Positions 38,630 through 53,178 of a stretch of 64,000 nt of DNA are shown here, one piece after another (the stretch's first letter is position 1; every line of letters starts with the position of its first letter). Both the position numbers and the translations under genes were made by a program. Origin of the DNA: Octopus sinensis (lineage: Eukaryota); contig NC_043006.1 of the NCBI RefSeq assembly GCF_006345805.1, positions 50,778,001 through 50,842,000 of the forward strand, given 5' to 3'. The notes below the pieces were generated by a model, which saw only the letters and a program-made list of their open reading frames with translations, had not been told where the DNA came from and did not search any database.

Positions 38630-40656
38630 GTTTCCTGGTAGCAAATCAGCATGCAACAAATATGCTTCTTTGCCTCAATGGCAGTAATATTCCACTTGTG
38701 CTCCGTTCTTCGTTCTGTTTCAATAAAAAAAAATGTCCCATAACAACTTTTAAACTATTTCTGCGACAATATCTTAGCTCTTTTCAGTTCGTGCAAAACT
38801 GAATCTCTTTAGAAAAAAATTCAGTAATTAATGCAGGAAATGTATTGTGCATACGTTTTTGTATTCATTATGAGCTGTGAGTTTTCTTATGAAATAGGAG
38901 ATATTGTCTCGTGTGTATCGCAGCAAATTCTAAAACTGCTTGAACAGTCTAGTTTAACTATTATTTCCTTGAGCTAATTTACTATTAGAACCTGTTCCAG
39001 TTCTACTAAAATCATTCTCCCGATTACTTTCTTCAATACACCATTCTTTAACTATAGCCAGCTGTTCTTGGTATTTCTTATCTCCTGTGGCTTTTTTTCA
39101 TTTTTCATTTTTCTTTTTTTTTATTTTTGAAAAAGAAAACACTTAATATTTCTTTACATAAAAGTTTGTTTTTTTCCCAATACTTTTAAAAATATTCTTT
39201 CCTGTTTATACTCTAATAACTCTGTAAATAATCCTTCACTTATTTATTTCCTCAGAAGAACTTCTTTGTCTTCTAGATGGAATACCATCTTTGCTTTCTC
39301 TAGTTTTACTCCTTCCCCTTCACTTCATAGACTTTTTTTCCTTCTTTAGTTCTTTCCCAACATAAGCGATTCCCATCTGATTATAGATGCATACGTCCGT
39401 ACATTATGAGCTGCTTCTTCGACTTCCTGTCGATATCCTTCAAATCTTCCTTTCTCCACTCAGTTATTCCTTCTACCTACTTTATTAATGACGCTGCCTT
39501 AAGCTGATTACCTTTGTGATATTTCGCGCAACCAATTTAGATTTTCGAGCCTTATTTCCATGAAATTATTCTTTACGAAGACTTTCTTCATTTGTATACT
39601 TTTAATTTTATCACATTCCATATACTAATATTCTTCTTCTACATTTAAAGGTTTGTTATTATCATCATTATTATCACAATTGGGTAGATCCATTCCAACA
39701 AATTTTATGGTTTTTCCACGCCCTGCCTCCATCAAACATCTTCCTATTTACAAAATATCTTCCCAAATGCCAAATATCTTCCCAAAATTATTGCTTCATT
39801 GTGTTGGCGGTTTGTACCAAAATATTCAGTGAATTCTATCCAAAGCATTAAATCGCACATAAAAAAGAAACTATTCACTTTTCCTATATTCTGTAGTTGT
39901 TGTTGTTTAAGGCTGCGAGTTCTATGTTCTGAGTTCAAATTTCACCGGAGTCGACTTTAACTTTCATCGGGGTCGATAAAATAAGTACAAGCTGAACACT
40001 GGAGTCGATTTAATTGACTTAGCAACTACCCCAAACCTGCTGGCCCTGTGGCAAAATTGGAAACCATTATTATTATTGTTGGTGTTGTCATTATTATTGA
40101 TGATAACGATGACATTGAAGAGGAAGGCGAGAAGGAAGAAATATCAATTTATACAGAAATTTATTTTCCCATCACAAGATCTATTAGAATATGTTGATGT
40201 CTTGTCTTCGCTGATTCCTTGTCATATATTTTTTTTATTTCTTTTATTAACTGTTTCGTATTTCACTGATTCATCTTACTTTTCGTTTCATTTTTTATGA
40301 CCCTTGGTATTTTTTTATCCAAAACACACAGACACAAACACCAATACGCACACACACGCATGTTAGATTTCTTTTTTCAATTACATCTCTTTTAACGTCC
40401 GATTTATATATATATATATATATATTGTGGTGGTGGTGTTCTTATATTCTGCATTTATATTTTATTCTCAACAATTTTTCGATTATTTTTTTCCCGCAAA
40501 ACACAGAAAAATCATTATTGGTTTCTAGTTTTGGAAGCAGAGGGCTATTAATTTGTTAGATAGAAAATGAAGACTGAGTGATTCTCAAGTGTATTGTAAC
40601 GAAAGTGAAGTGATTTCCAAGAGAATCACAGCTAATCGCAATAACAACAACAAATG

Positions 40657-40722
<66 letters not shown>

Positions 40723-40740
40723 GTTGTTATCATTATTATG

Positions 40741-40794
<54 letters not shown>

Positions 40795-40796
<2 letters not shown>

Positions 40797-41436
40797 GATG
40801 GCAAGCTGGTAGAATTGCTAGCATGCTGAACAAATTACTTAGCGGTATTTTGCACGTGGCTACGTTCTGAGTTTAAATTCCGCTGAGGTCGACTTTACCT
40901 TTCATCTTTTTCAGGTCGATAAATTAAGTAACAGTTGAGTACAGGGGTTGATTCAAGCGACTATCCCCCTTCCCCAAATTTCAGGCCGTGTGCCAATAAT
41001 ATAAACGATAGCTGGTACTAAGGCGGCGAGCTGGCAGAAACGTTAGCACGTCGGGCGAAATGCGTAGCCGTATTTCGTCTGCCGTTACGCTGTGAGTTCA
41101 AATTCCGCCGAGGTCGACTTTGCCTTTCATCCTTTCGGGGTCGATAAATTAAGTACCAGTTACGCACTGGGGTCGATGTAATCGACTTAATACCTATGTC
41201 TGTCCTTGTTTGTCCCCTCTATGTTTAGCCCCTTGTGGGTAGTAAATAAATAGATATTTCGTCTGTTTTTACGTTCTGAGTTCAAATTCCGCCGAGGTCG
41301 ACATTGCTTTTCTTCCCCTCAGGATCGATTAAATAAGTACCAGTTACGCACTAGGGTCGATGTAATCGACTGAATCCGTTTGTCTGTCCTTGTTATCCCC
41401 TCTATGTTTAGCCCCCTGTGGGCAATAAAGAAATAA
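40795..41436 (+). mobile_element. SINE A monomer followed by a dimeric SINE A (41021-41436) with Tx1-like tails
   Basis: The second unit restarts at TATTTCGTCTG without the head. Confidence 0.85.
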
Positions 41437-41451
41437 ATCTATATTATTATT

Positions 41452-41971
41452 TATTGTCTTTGCATAGCTTTTAACGCTGGAGATGTACTACGGTGCCAGC
41501 TGTTTACTACCAGTGGACTAAGGTAACACCCTTTATTTTTCGAGCACCATCCGGAGTATTCGAGCAATTACAAGCAGTATTGTTTTCTGCAAGTGCTCCA
41601 CCCTTATTGCACCCCTTATTTGTTCCATGTTCTTCTCAAGATTTTTACTCACTGTTCCTAGGACTCCGACAATTATTGGTACTGCTACCACCTTTTTCAG
41701 CGACCACAACTGCTTTATCTCCCAAGCTAACATGTCGTATCTATAGGCCTTTCTTTCTTTCTTTTCGCATACTTTGTTGTCAGCTGGATATGCTATATCT
41801 ATGATCCAGCATCGTTTGCTTCCTTTCTCAATTAACACTACGTCTGGTTTCCTATTTTCTATCTCATGGTCGCACTGAATCATAAAATCCCATAGGATAT
41901 TTGCATTTTCATTTTCGATTATGCCTTCGGGTTTATGTTCTTATCACTTTCTGGCTCTGTCAAGTGCATAC

Positions 41972-41972
<1 letters not shown>
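41452..41972 (-). pseudogene. Dong/R4-like LINE 3' end (RLE domain + 3'UTR)
   Basis: ORF 41533-41883: RKPDVVLIEK..WIIDIAYP..K..RY..L (PD..D motif). (TAA)n on both sides. Confidence 0.85.
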
Positions 41973-42038
<66 letters not shown>

Positions 42039-42049
42039 TACTATTATTA

Positions 42050-42270
42050 AGGTGGCGTTCTGTCAATATCGTTAGCAGGCTGGCTGGAATGCTTAGCGGT
42101 GTTTCGGCCATCGCTACGTTCTGAGTTCAAATTCCACCGAAGTCGACTTTACTTACCATCCGTTCGGAGTCGATAAAATTAGTACCAGTTACGCACTGGG
42201 GTTGATGTAATCGACTTAATCCTTTCCCCAAAAAATTTGAGGCTTTATGCTCCCAGTAGAAAGGATTAAT
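42050..42270 (+). mobile_element. SINE A with (ATT)-ending tail
   Basis: Tail AAATTTGAGGCTTTATGCTCCCAGTAGAAAGGATTAATATT. Confidence 0.75.
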
Positions 42271-42287
42271 ATTATTATTATTATTAT

Positions 42288-42322
<35 letters not shown>

Positions 42323-42565
42323 TAGTAGTAGTAGTAGTTTATTTTTATAAAAACAACATCAACAATAATAACATTAATAAGAAAAGAACAACACAGCATC
42401 ATCGCCAAGATGATTAATAATAATAATAATGATAATAATAATAATAATTTCTTTTATTAGCCACAGAGACATAGATGAGAGGTACATCACAAGGACAGAA
42501 AACAATTTGTGCAGGGATTTACATAAAGGATGGAGGGAAAGAGGGGAAAAAAACAAGGAAATGCG

Positions 42566-42612
<47 letters not shown>

Positions 42613-43823
42613 TTCAAGAAAAACCTCTCAGTGGCAAATGCCCAGAGAGAGCTAATAATGCAGATGAGGAAAAAGGTCTTAACCATCAATAGTTGGTGTC
42701 TTCTGGGTTAAAATCAGGAACAGAAGGGTTTATCATAGCAGCCCAGGATCAATGCCTGCCTACAAGAATCTATTAGACCAACATCTTAAAGAACGGTAGT
42801 AGCTCAGCTTGTCGTGTATGTAAACAACAAAATGACACCATCGATCTTTTTTTCTCAGTGTGCAGCCATCATGCGCCTACAGAGTACTTCAAAAGGCATG
42901 ATAGAGCAGCACAGTATATTCACAGGGTAATTTGCAAAGACCTGGCATCATCATTGTTCGACCGTGGTCGAGACAATGGAATTTACTACGCCAGACTTCA
43001 CGGTCCATCATAGCATTACGGAGGTCCTGTTGCTGGATGCCTGTATCCCTGGAGATTACACCAGGGTAGGAGAGTGTGCGCCCTCCGGTATCGCGAATAT
43101 ATTTTTTCTTTTTTTTTTTTTTTGGAAAAATAGACCTGGACCTGCTCCTGATACAAAAATGATGGTAACACAAACCACCTCCAGTGTTTGAAAATGATCA
43201 CATCTCACTCCCGTGGAACTTTACATTTCAAACTGACAGAAAGGTAGATGCAAATAGACCAGACATTATATTGAAGGATTTCAGACAAAAATCATGCCCC
43301 CGCATTAACATGACTATCTCAATCGACATAAATGTATCTGTCAAGACTTACCGAAAACTGAACAAATATATAGACCTTGAAATACAAATTGGCAAAATGT
43401 GGAACTCAAGACTAAAGCAACACCTGTGCCAAAGGAATGATAGGTGCCAAAGGAATGATAGTAAAAGGGGCTGATTGCTACCTATCCCAGATACTAGAAA
43501 ATCTAAATATGGAAGAAATTCAAAAAATAGTGCTCAAAGGAATTACTCATATCCTACGAAAGATATTGTCTATGTAATCCCAAAAACATTTTACTGTCAG
43601 CTTAAGATCATACTCTCATCTTATAATCCAATCACGTTTAAAACAAACTTCTAATTTTCTTATGTTTTGACAGACATTCTCTAGAACAATACTCTGTGCA
43701 ATACCAAAAATATGGCACCCTAATCATAACACCAACTTGAAATTCTAACTTGTTGTTTCTTGAAGTCTCTGTACGAGACTTGGGGTCAACTTGTACAAAT
43801 ACAAAGCAAAAGCCATACATATC
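42613..43823 (+). pseudogene. Dong/R4-like LINE 3' fragment in (TAA)n
   Basis: TEGFIIAAQDQCLPTR, CRVCKQ, KRHDRAAQYIH and NRPDIILKD; (TAA)n on both sides. Confidence 0.85.
42946..43131 (-). mobile_element. RTE-like LINE 3' end nested in the Dong fragment
   Basis: Minus GGRTLSYPGVISRDTG..DLRNAMMDREVWR with an (ATG)n tail; AGACCTGG repeated on both sides. Confidence 0.7.
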
Positions 43824-43886
<63 letters not shown>

Positions 43887-44432
43887 GCCCTGATGCAGTA
43901 CCAGGCAGTGGCTCTCATGGCTTCTGATCTTAACTGATTGGAAGTGTTATCATGTACATTGTTCTGTCTTGGTATAAAAGATGGGCTACAGCAAATATTC
44001 TGCTCAATACCACAGATTTGCTTGTCAGTTGTTTGACCTTAACCAGTTGGTTAGTGGCTGACGATATGTGCATCTCTGATCACGAGCAGAAGTAGTGGGG
44101 GAGCATCATAGCCATGTGTTGATAGGGATTCTTTGGGGTTTGAATAATTCACCTCTGGAGACATGGGTGGTTTTTTCAACATCCTTAAACAACCCTTATT
44201 CAGGGCACGTTTGAGCGGGATGGGCTACTCAACCTGAAGAAAATTCTAAGTGGGCCCCACCTGCAAGGTCATGTGCAGTTTATCTTGATATGAGATCACC
44301 ATGTCGCGCACATATGGTTGTGATGCATGTGCCTGGTGTGCCCTTATCAGACGGGTAGTCATGATGGGTATATTGGGCTTCGTATATTTTACCCCAGTGT
44401 CACTTTGATGGCATGAGCTGCTCTCTCATTCA
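43887..44432 (+). mobile_element. 570-bp non-coding element in (TAA)n
   Basis: Near full length (small internal deletion); (TAA)n on both sides. Confidence 0.85.
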
Positions 44433-44457
44433 ATAATAATAATAATAATAATAACAA

Positions 44458-44668
44458 TGGTTTCAAATATTTCCACAAGGTTAGCAGTTTTGAGGGAGAG
44501 GACTAGTCGATTACATCGAGCCCAGTCTTCAACTGGTACTTGATCTATCGACTCCGAAAGGACGAAAGGCAAAGACGGCTTCGGCGGAATTTGAACTCAG
44601 AACGTAAAGACGGACGAAATACTGCTAAGCATTTCACCCGGCGTGCTAACAACTCTACCAGCTCGCTG
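44458..44668 (-). mobile_element. SINE A
   Basis: Reverse-complement head and body. Confidence 0.75.
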
Positions 44669-44814
44669 TCTAAATAACAATAATACTACCCTTACTACTA
44701 CTACTACTACTAATAATAATAATAATAAGAAGAAGAAGAAGAAGAAGAAAAAGAAGAAGAAGAAGAAGAAGAGAAGAAGAAGAAGAAGAAGAAGAAGAAG
44801 AAGAAGAAGAAGAA

Positions 44815-46735
44815 CCTGTTTCCGGAAGATGGCATGCTATAAAAGCCCATATCGTTGTAAAGATAATTATCTATCAACAAAGCTATAAACCAAAGAAGCA
44901 AAAGTGTCTGAGCATGCCATGGATTGACTACTAGAAGGTTTTTCACATTATTCAATGCACGTGGATTTTGGAAACACTTGCCACCAGTAAGGAAACACCA
45001 GTAATTAAAGGAATGCCTGAAATATGTCGAGATTAGATGGTTGTTTTGCAGCTACAGACAAAACAGGGAACTGTAAAAGGTAAACATTTCAATTAAAAGA
45101 AGATATTCCAAGAGACTCCCTGGCTTCACTTCTTTTCTGTCTGTAGTTGACGCATTTGACTGACATGCAAAACAACAGAATGTAGATACAAATGTCCTGG
45201 TATGACAATTAACCATATAGAATAGGATATTAACGATAAATAACTAGGAATATTACTGTATACAAAATACAGACAAAAGAATACGTGAGATTCGACTTCA
45301 AAAAAGTACGCCAAATCAACCTTGATAAGGGGGGAAATTAATTAAAAGTGTTAACATTTTAACCTAGATAAATCAACGGAAATGACAAAGTAAGATCGAA
45401 CACAGACATACAAATATTTAGGAATCGATGAACTACATAGATATTCATAAACAAATGAAAGGAAATGTTATGAAAGAATATTACAAAGACTCTTTAAATT
45501 AATAAATACAATAGAATTGAATTATTAAGATTACGCAATAGGTATCCATACTTTGTTTCAGTAATAAGTTAAAGTTATAACATTCTCAAAGGAACTAGCA
45601 AGTCTAGACGGAAAAAGAAGGAAAATGATAATACACCAATCAATATCTGACATTGAAACACTATATTCACCACGATTACAAGGTGACATGGACTTTAGAC
45701 TACTAGAAAACAATTACAAAATGTCCATAAGCACAGAATTCTAGAAAATTGATACATACAGCTACGGAACAAAGAAAAGAAAAGAAAAACGTTTACTATT
45801 CTTAAATAAATCTACACAAAACATGTCTGCAATAACAGACAGTCGCTAAGAAAATGGAGAAACAACAGATAACGGTAAAAAGCTGAAAATCTGAATTAAT
45901 GATTATCATCATGATAAGATGATAACAAAAAAAATCCCCAAAATAGACAGTACCGGAAAAAGCTGAAAAGAATGGAATAGATGAAGATTTATTGCATCAC
46001 TGACTGAGCAGCGCCTAACTCTTAGGAGAGAATGAAGGTTTAATGACTGCGGAACAGGTCCAAAGTATTTCCATCAGAAACCACCGAAAGTATGTAATGA
46101 AGCAGAATACAGTAACTGCAGAATATGTGGAAATAAAAAAGAAGCAATTGACTACATTATTTCCAGCTGCTAATTCTTAACCACCAAAGTATGCATCCAC
46201 TGGTATGATAAAGTTCGGACTTACATCCACTGGAATTTATGCCATCACTATGGAATAGCAACAGAAAAAGGTGTTATGAATATGCACCAGAAAAGGTCGC
46301 CGAGTGTGGCAAAGAAACTGTATTCTACGACACGCCAATACACACAGATTGTTGGGTCTAGTATAATCGTCCAGGTATTTTTGTCAAAGACCACCAAGAA
46401 AAGTGTGCCCCCCCCCCAATCGATATATAAATCTCACTAGATGAGCATGTAACTACAAAAGAGAGGAGAAATTATTCAACTATTAAGATCCGGGTATAGT
46501 GAGAATCCGAATATTGGAAGAATCAATCCCTATAATAATAGGTGCTTTGGAAATGATTAAAAGATATAAGTACAAATACATAGCCAAACTGTAAGGGCTT
46601 ATAAATATGCATAACATTCAGAAAAGAGTACTGTTGTGCATTATTCAATGTCATGGCACACAATATGCCCAAGATACACAGCGCTGCACTCGAAAGTGCA
46701 ATGAATGAGTGCAATGAAAAAATAAGACCACTAAA
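44815..46735 (+). pseudogene. Heavily decayed Dong/R4-like LINE
   Basis: QTYKYLGIDE (~45404), CRICGNKKEAIDYIISSC and NRPGIFVKDHQ; ends at (TAA)n. Confidence 0.75.
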
Positions 46736-46784
46736 TAATAATGATAATAATAATGATAATAATAATATTAATAATAATAAATAA

Positions 46785-47190
46785 TCCTTTCCACTAAAGG
46801 CGCAAGACCTGAAATCTGGTGGGAGGGGACTAGTCGATTACATCGTCCCCAGAGTTTCACTGGTACGTATTTCAACCTCGACAGGATGAAAGGCAAAGTT
46901 GACTCAGAACGTAACGACGAGCGAAATACCGCTAAGCATTTCGTTCAGCGTACTAACGATTCTGTCACCTCGCTACCCTGTATAATAATAATAATAATCC
47001 TTTCTACTATAGGCACAAGGCTTGAAATTTGTGGGGAGGGGTTAAGTCAATTACATAAACCCCAGTACTTAAGTGATATCTATTTTATCGACCCTGAAAG
47101 GATGAAAAGCAACGTCGACCTCGACTGAATTCGACCTCAGAACGTGAAGAGATGAAAGAAGCACGTTGTCCAGTGAGCTAGCGATTCTAC
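46785..47190 (-). mobile_element. Two SINE A copies in (TAA)n
   Basis: Each starts AATCCTTTC.ACTA.AGGC.CAAG on the plus strand (tail) next to TAA repeats. Confidence 0.7.
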
Positions 47191-47199
47191 ATAATTCGT

Positions 47200-47768
47200 A
47201 GTCTACTTAGTATCAGAGAGGAAGAATATGGTGCAAAAAGAATGCAAATGCTGGATGCATGGCAAAATTGCATCATTATATTTTGGCTATTGTGTAAATC
47301 ACATAGTATAGAACATACGGAAAATTGGTATGAACACGGACCAAATAATGTTGTAGGAAATCAGAGAAGAACTTTATGCAACACGAAAATCCACACAATA
47401 TAAGGAATCGTTATACTAGTAAAAGAAACTAGAAATTGTATTATAATAGATGCAGCCTTCCCATTAGACACTAGAGTAATGTATAAAGAGAATGAGAAGT
47501 TACATGAATTCTAGGACCTAAAGTGGGAATTAAAGAAGTTTTGAAACTGTCGGAGAGTAAAGGTAATTCCTGACAAAATAGAACGCTCAGGTACAATGCC
47601 TGAAATTATCGTTGAATGGTTTTCTATGATCAGCATAACAATTAACTTTGTGACGCTACAGAAAGCTGTCTCCACAGTATACTGAAAATTTTAAGATATG
47701 CGCTGAATATCTGAAGATATGTTCTGCGAGTAAATCCGGCAGAAACACTGATACTACTATTATGCGAA
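47200..47768 (+). pseudogene. Dong/R4-like RLE C-terminal fragment
   Basis: WYEHGPNNVV and CIIIDAAFPLDTRV..KENEK..DLKWELKK; followed by (TAA/CAA)n. Confidence 0.7.
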
Positions 47769-47843
47769 TAATAATAACAACAACAACAACAACAACAACA
47801 ATAATAATAATAATAATAAAATAATAATAATAATAATAATAAT

Positions 47844-47891
<48 letters not shown>

Positions 47892-48429
47892 ACAGTGTTC
47901 AACTGCTACCCCTTATATTGACCCCGAAAGGGATGAAAGGCAAAGTTGACCTCTGCAGAAATTAAACTCAGAATATAGAGACGGACGGAATGCCATTAGG
48001 CATCTTGTCCTTCGTGCTAACGATTCTCTCACCTCACCACCTTATTAGTAATACCAATTTTTACCGGTAACTGCCCAACAGAGCGTAACACACGGGCTAA
48101 CTTGCAGTGTGATCAGCAGAATTATATGTTGAATTTTAATTTTTATACATGTATACAGATAAATAAAGGACGTTGGTTTCCGTGGCAGCCAAGTAGTTGG
48201 GAGTTAAAAAAAGTTTCCTCTAATGGGAAACCTGTCCGTTGTTCGGCTTACGTTCTAACGGTTGCTGACAGAAGAGAAGGAAGGAAGGAAGGTGAAATTA
48301 AATGTTTTGCACAAGGACAGAAATTGTCACTTTTTCTGCGAATCGAACCCACGACCCGATGATCCAAGACACAGTACCCTATTCACTATTTGATGCGTAA
48401 TCACATTCATCTCTCCCTCTCTCTCTTCG

Positions 48430-48725
48430 CCCTTTTCAAGCCTAGTTTCCCGGTTTCTAGGTTTCTATGGCGTATGTGTTCCCCCCTGCTGGACGAGACG
48501 CCAGTCCATCGCAGCGTTACTCAAGAAACAGGAAGAAAGAGTGAGAGAAAATTGGAGCGAAAGAGTGCAACAGAGGTCGCCACCACCCTCCACCTTCTGC
48601 CGGAGCATCGTGGAGCTTTAGGCGTTTCCCCTCAATAAACACACACAACGCCCGATCTGGGAATCGAAACTGCGATCCTCCGACCGCGAGTCCGCTGCCC
48701 TAACCACTGGACTATTGCGCCTCCA
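48430..48725 (-). mobile_element. tRNA-Arg-like SINE family C
   Basis: Homologous to 18147-18443. Confidence 0.85.
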
Positions 48726-49164
48726 TTCACATTCATAACAATACAAAATAATATTTCATAATAAATTTTAATTGTATCTTTCTAATTGTCCTCCCAGGTT
48801 TCAACGTTGTGAGTTTGAGTGTGTGCCCATATATACGAGTATGAGAGTGCGTTAGTACATAAGGCCGTGTGTACGTATGCGTGTCTATGAGTATGTGTGT
48901 GCGTGCATGTGTGATTTGGTATGTTAGTTTGCTCTGCCGTTTTCTAAATTTTCTATCGAACAAAAGGATGTTGTTCGATATTGATTTAATTAATTGGAAG
49001 ACGAATTAAAATATCAGTGCGGTTATTTTGAGAATTTTTCTCTCTTTGAGGAACTCTCAGAGGGTGAGAGAGAGGGGCGGGAAGTAGAGAGAAAGAGAAC
49101 ATACACACACACACACACACACACACCACACCACACATATATATATATATATATATATACATAA

Positions 49165-49217
<53 letters not shown>

Positions 49218-49251
49218 TATATATATATACATATATATATGTATATATATA

Positions 49252-49282
<31 letters not shown>

Positions 49283-49286
49283 TACG

Positions 49287-49323
<37 letters not shown>

Positions 49324-49764
49324 GTATATATATATATGAATGTATATTAATAGATAAGTTTGTGTGTAAGTTTTTTTGTGTGTATATATGTATGTATGTA
49401 TGTATGTATGTAAGTATGTATGTATGTATGTATGTTTATATGTATGTATGAGTAAAGGTTTGTATATATGTATATGTGACTGTGTAAACACATACACACA
49501 CACATACACACATTATGCACACGTATAATATCCATAGCTTCTAAACTTCATCTATTCATGTAGTTACTGTCAGTGAAGCAATTATATATGTGTGCGAACG
49601 AGGGAGTGGTGGGATTGTTCCACTTTCGCCCTAGTTGACAATGAAATGATGCAGTGTTAAAATAGTACATTATCTAGCCGTATGTAATGACTCAATATCA
49701 TTCTTTCTTAAATAAGCTCTTGTAGAAATGATGAATAATTGTAAAACATGTCATTATTAAAATT

Positions 49765-50083
<319 letters not shown>

Positions 50084-51082
50084 GCTAAACTGTACCTCGC
50101 GTATTTTTACACTGCCTACGCTGAAAAACAATTCCGGTTAGTTTAATCGTTATGGGTTTGCTTGTTTTAATTTTTTTGCAGCGCAGGTTCTTTCGGAAGT
50201 CTCTGCAAGGGGTTATTCTGTTCTTCCTGGCCCTTTAAGGGGAGTAACAGTTTGAAAATTATTAATAAATTATTTTAAAATATCATAAAATTTCGAAAAC
50301 GGCTTCCAAAATGTATGAAGGGGAGTGGTTAGCAAGATAAAATGCATAGAAGGGGGGAAGATAAGAATATATGGGTACTTTTATTCGTTAAAAAATGGAA
50401 ATACACTCTTGTTTAAAGGTCCATGAAAAATATTAAGAATGGCGAAATAGATACTGCCTTCACCATCATTCCTAGCCTGCTAGACATGACAAAAATAACT
50501 TTGACTATCAGCTGGCCTCGTGATAATAAGAGAGCTTATACTCGTGGTTGAGCTGTGTGAGATATGGTCAACCGTACCGGATTGGTCCATTTACATTAGA
50601 ACCAGCTAACAACACCAAAATCTCCAAACTCTGATTGTCTCAAACTAGTCTAGCATTTGCCGATACCCTAATCCGTTAGTTGGGGGTTTATATGTTGGAT
50701 AAGTTCTACCAGATTCATTTAAAGTATAGTTTGATCTCTGCCAGGCGTCATCCTTGTATCCGTATCAGTTTCCAGATTGTGACAGCTGGGCACCATATAG
50801 TCAGCTCTGCGCAACGATGGTTACTACTAGTCAACGTCACCACCACTATCTCTAAGGAGACAACATCGTTCGCAAAATCCACATAATCGCGTGTGGGACA
50901 ACTAAAGGCAAACTAAAATAAGCAAAAGACAAAGTATATTTCAATATTGCTAGAGTCTATGAATTATATTCGTATGAACAAAAGAAAAACAAAGAGTAAT
51001 AATGACAACTCTATTCCAGAGATAATTGCAAGCGAAGGATGTGTAGGACTCTTTATGGCATGTCAGAAATGAATCAAAATAA

Positions 51083-51517
51083 GACGGCGAGCTGGCAGAA
51101 ACGTTAGCACGTCGGGCGAAATGCTTAGCTGTATTTCGTCTGCCGTTACGTTCTGAGTTCAAATTCCGCCGAGGTCGACTTTTCCTTTCATCCTTTCGGG
51201 GTCGGTAAATTAAGTACCAGTTACGCACTGGGGTTGATGTAATCGACTTAATCCGTTTGTCTGTCCTTGATTGCCCCTTTCTATGTTTGCCCACCCCACC
51301 CGTGGGCAATAAAGAAATAAGACATTAATCAAAATATGAGACGGTCATCGTTTTCTTCCTCAATGTAGGGGTTTTCTACTTGAATGTCGACTTTGCCTTT
51401 CATCCTTACGGGGTCGACAAATTAAGTACCAGTTGCGTACTGGGGTCAATCTAATCGACTGACCCCCTCCCCCAAAATTTCGGGCCTTGCGCCTAGAGAA
51501 GATAAGAAAAGAATATT
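51083..51517 (+). mobile_element. SINE A with Tx1-like tail, plus a headless copy with the alternative tail
   Basis: 51083-51320 ends GTGGGCAATAAAGAAATAA; 51386-51517 ends AAATTTCGGGCCTTGCGCCTAGAG. Confidence 0.8.
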
Positions 51518-52419
51518 TTGTGTCTAATCCTTTTATCACTGCCTATTCCAGTTTAACATTTAAGATGTAGGATTTTGCTGCGATTGTTAGCATGTTAGTT
51601 GCTCACATCTTATTTTATCGAATCGAGTTTTTTTTTTATATGGTTATTGTAGTATCTCGGATATATTCCTTTCGGATTCGTTGTTTCATTCTAGCGTGCT
51701 AAATATGTTCGACTACCTTGATCTTTCGATGTCCATATACCCCAATATTCCCTATTTTTTAAATATCTTGATGATTTCATTTTCAGTGTTTCCTAAGCGG
51801 ATCAACCAACTCCTTTTGAAAGTAATCTTGGTTTATTTGCAAAACATGAACATCATACTAATGTCGTAGCCATTACGTTTAACAACCTGATAAGGATATT
51901 CCAGTTGTCTCGGACATTCTCTATGTTAACCATATAGCCTTGTGTCTAGTTATGGTTATTCTAACGTTGGAGTTACTCCCTGTGCGGTTAAAACTTTACT
52001 TAAAGAGACAAGAGTCATTGAGATTGTCTGACACGTCTCATTATTTTAATGCCACATTGTTTTTACATTGTCACACTATAATTACTGGTACCACTTCATA
52101 AATCTCCGTCGACTCAAAGATCCATGAACGCGATACAAATACTGCAAGGTATTTTTTTCCGACGCGCTAACAACTTAGCAAATTCACTTTCCGAAAATGA
52201 GGGAAAAGAAACAGGAGGAGGAGAGAAGAAGAAGAAGAAGAAGAAGAAGAAGAAGAAGAAGAAGAAGAAGAAGAAGAAGAAGAAGAAGAAGAAGGCAATA
52301 ATAATAATGAATATATTATCTCTATTTTTTTTTCAAGAACAGCTTGTGGTGTTGGTAAACTGATAACGGTGTTGAAGAGCATAAAGATTAAAGTTGTAGT
52401 TGAGAAAAAGTCAGTTGGC

Positions 52420-53178
52420 ATGGAATAAAGAAAGTCATCTGATATTGGAAAAGACTTTCCTGTGTCATGATGATTCGCGCTGACTGTCAAAATGCCGACA
52501 CCACTATGACGACTGCTCTGTGAACACTGTAAAGGTTGTAAAACGTGACGTGGACATTGTCACGCCTTAAATCAAGTTTACTCACATGACGATGGTCTTT
52601 GGGTGTCTTCAGTGAGGGTGACATGATGCAACCCCACAACTCTTATTAGGGCTTTAGACTCGATTCAGACAGCTATGTGAAGCTGCTGGAAATTATGGCC
52701 GAATTCTGACTAGAGAGGGTTGTTGCTGAAAGGCTATGTGTGTGGCAGTAGGATTCGACTTTTGACCATCACTCCGGAAAGTGTCAGAAATAGTTGTCAG
52801 AGAATTTTTTTACGCTGTCACCAGCCCCAATTTCTGGTCTCCTAATTCTTCTGATTTTAATCTTATCGATTAGTATGAGTGGAACATTTTGAGGAAGGCA
52901 CCAACCGCTCAGCTTACACCACCAAATATGAGGTGTTGGCTAAGATCGAGGGGTTGTTCGAAGAACTTCCTAGGGATACAGTTAGGAACGCCGGCGCCAG
53001 TTTCCGGATGTCTTGGGGCTCCGATGAAACCTGAGATCAGCCACTTTGAGTAAACTGTTATCTCCCAACCATATTCTAGTTAATATTGTTTTTGATTTTG
53101 AAAATACTTTTATTTTTCGATGAGATATTGTTTTCTTTTCCTTTTATGCAAACTGTCAAATTTAGCCCGAACACCCTG
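52420..53178 (+). pseudogene. Tc1/mariner (maT-like) transposase fossil, 3' half
   Basis: NSSDFNLID*YEWNIL resembles SPDLNPLDYxVW; ends ...CCGAACACCCTG followed by TA. Confidence 0.6.
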
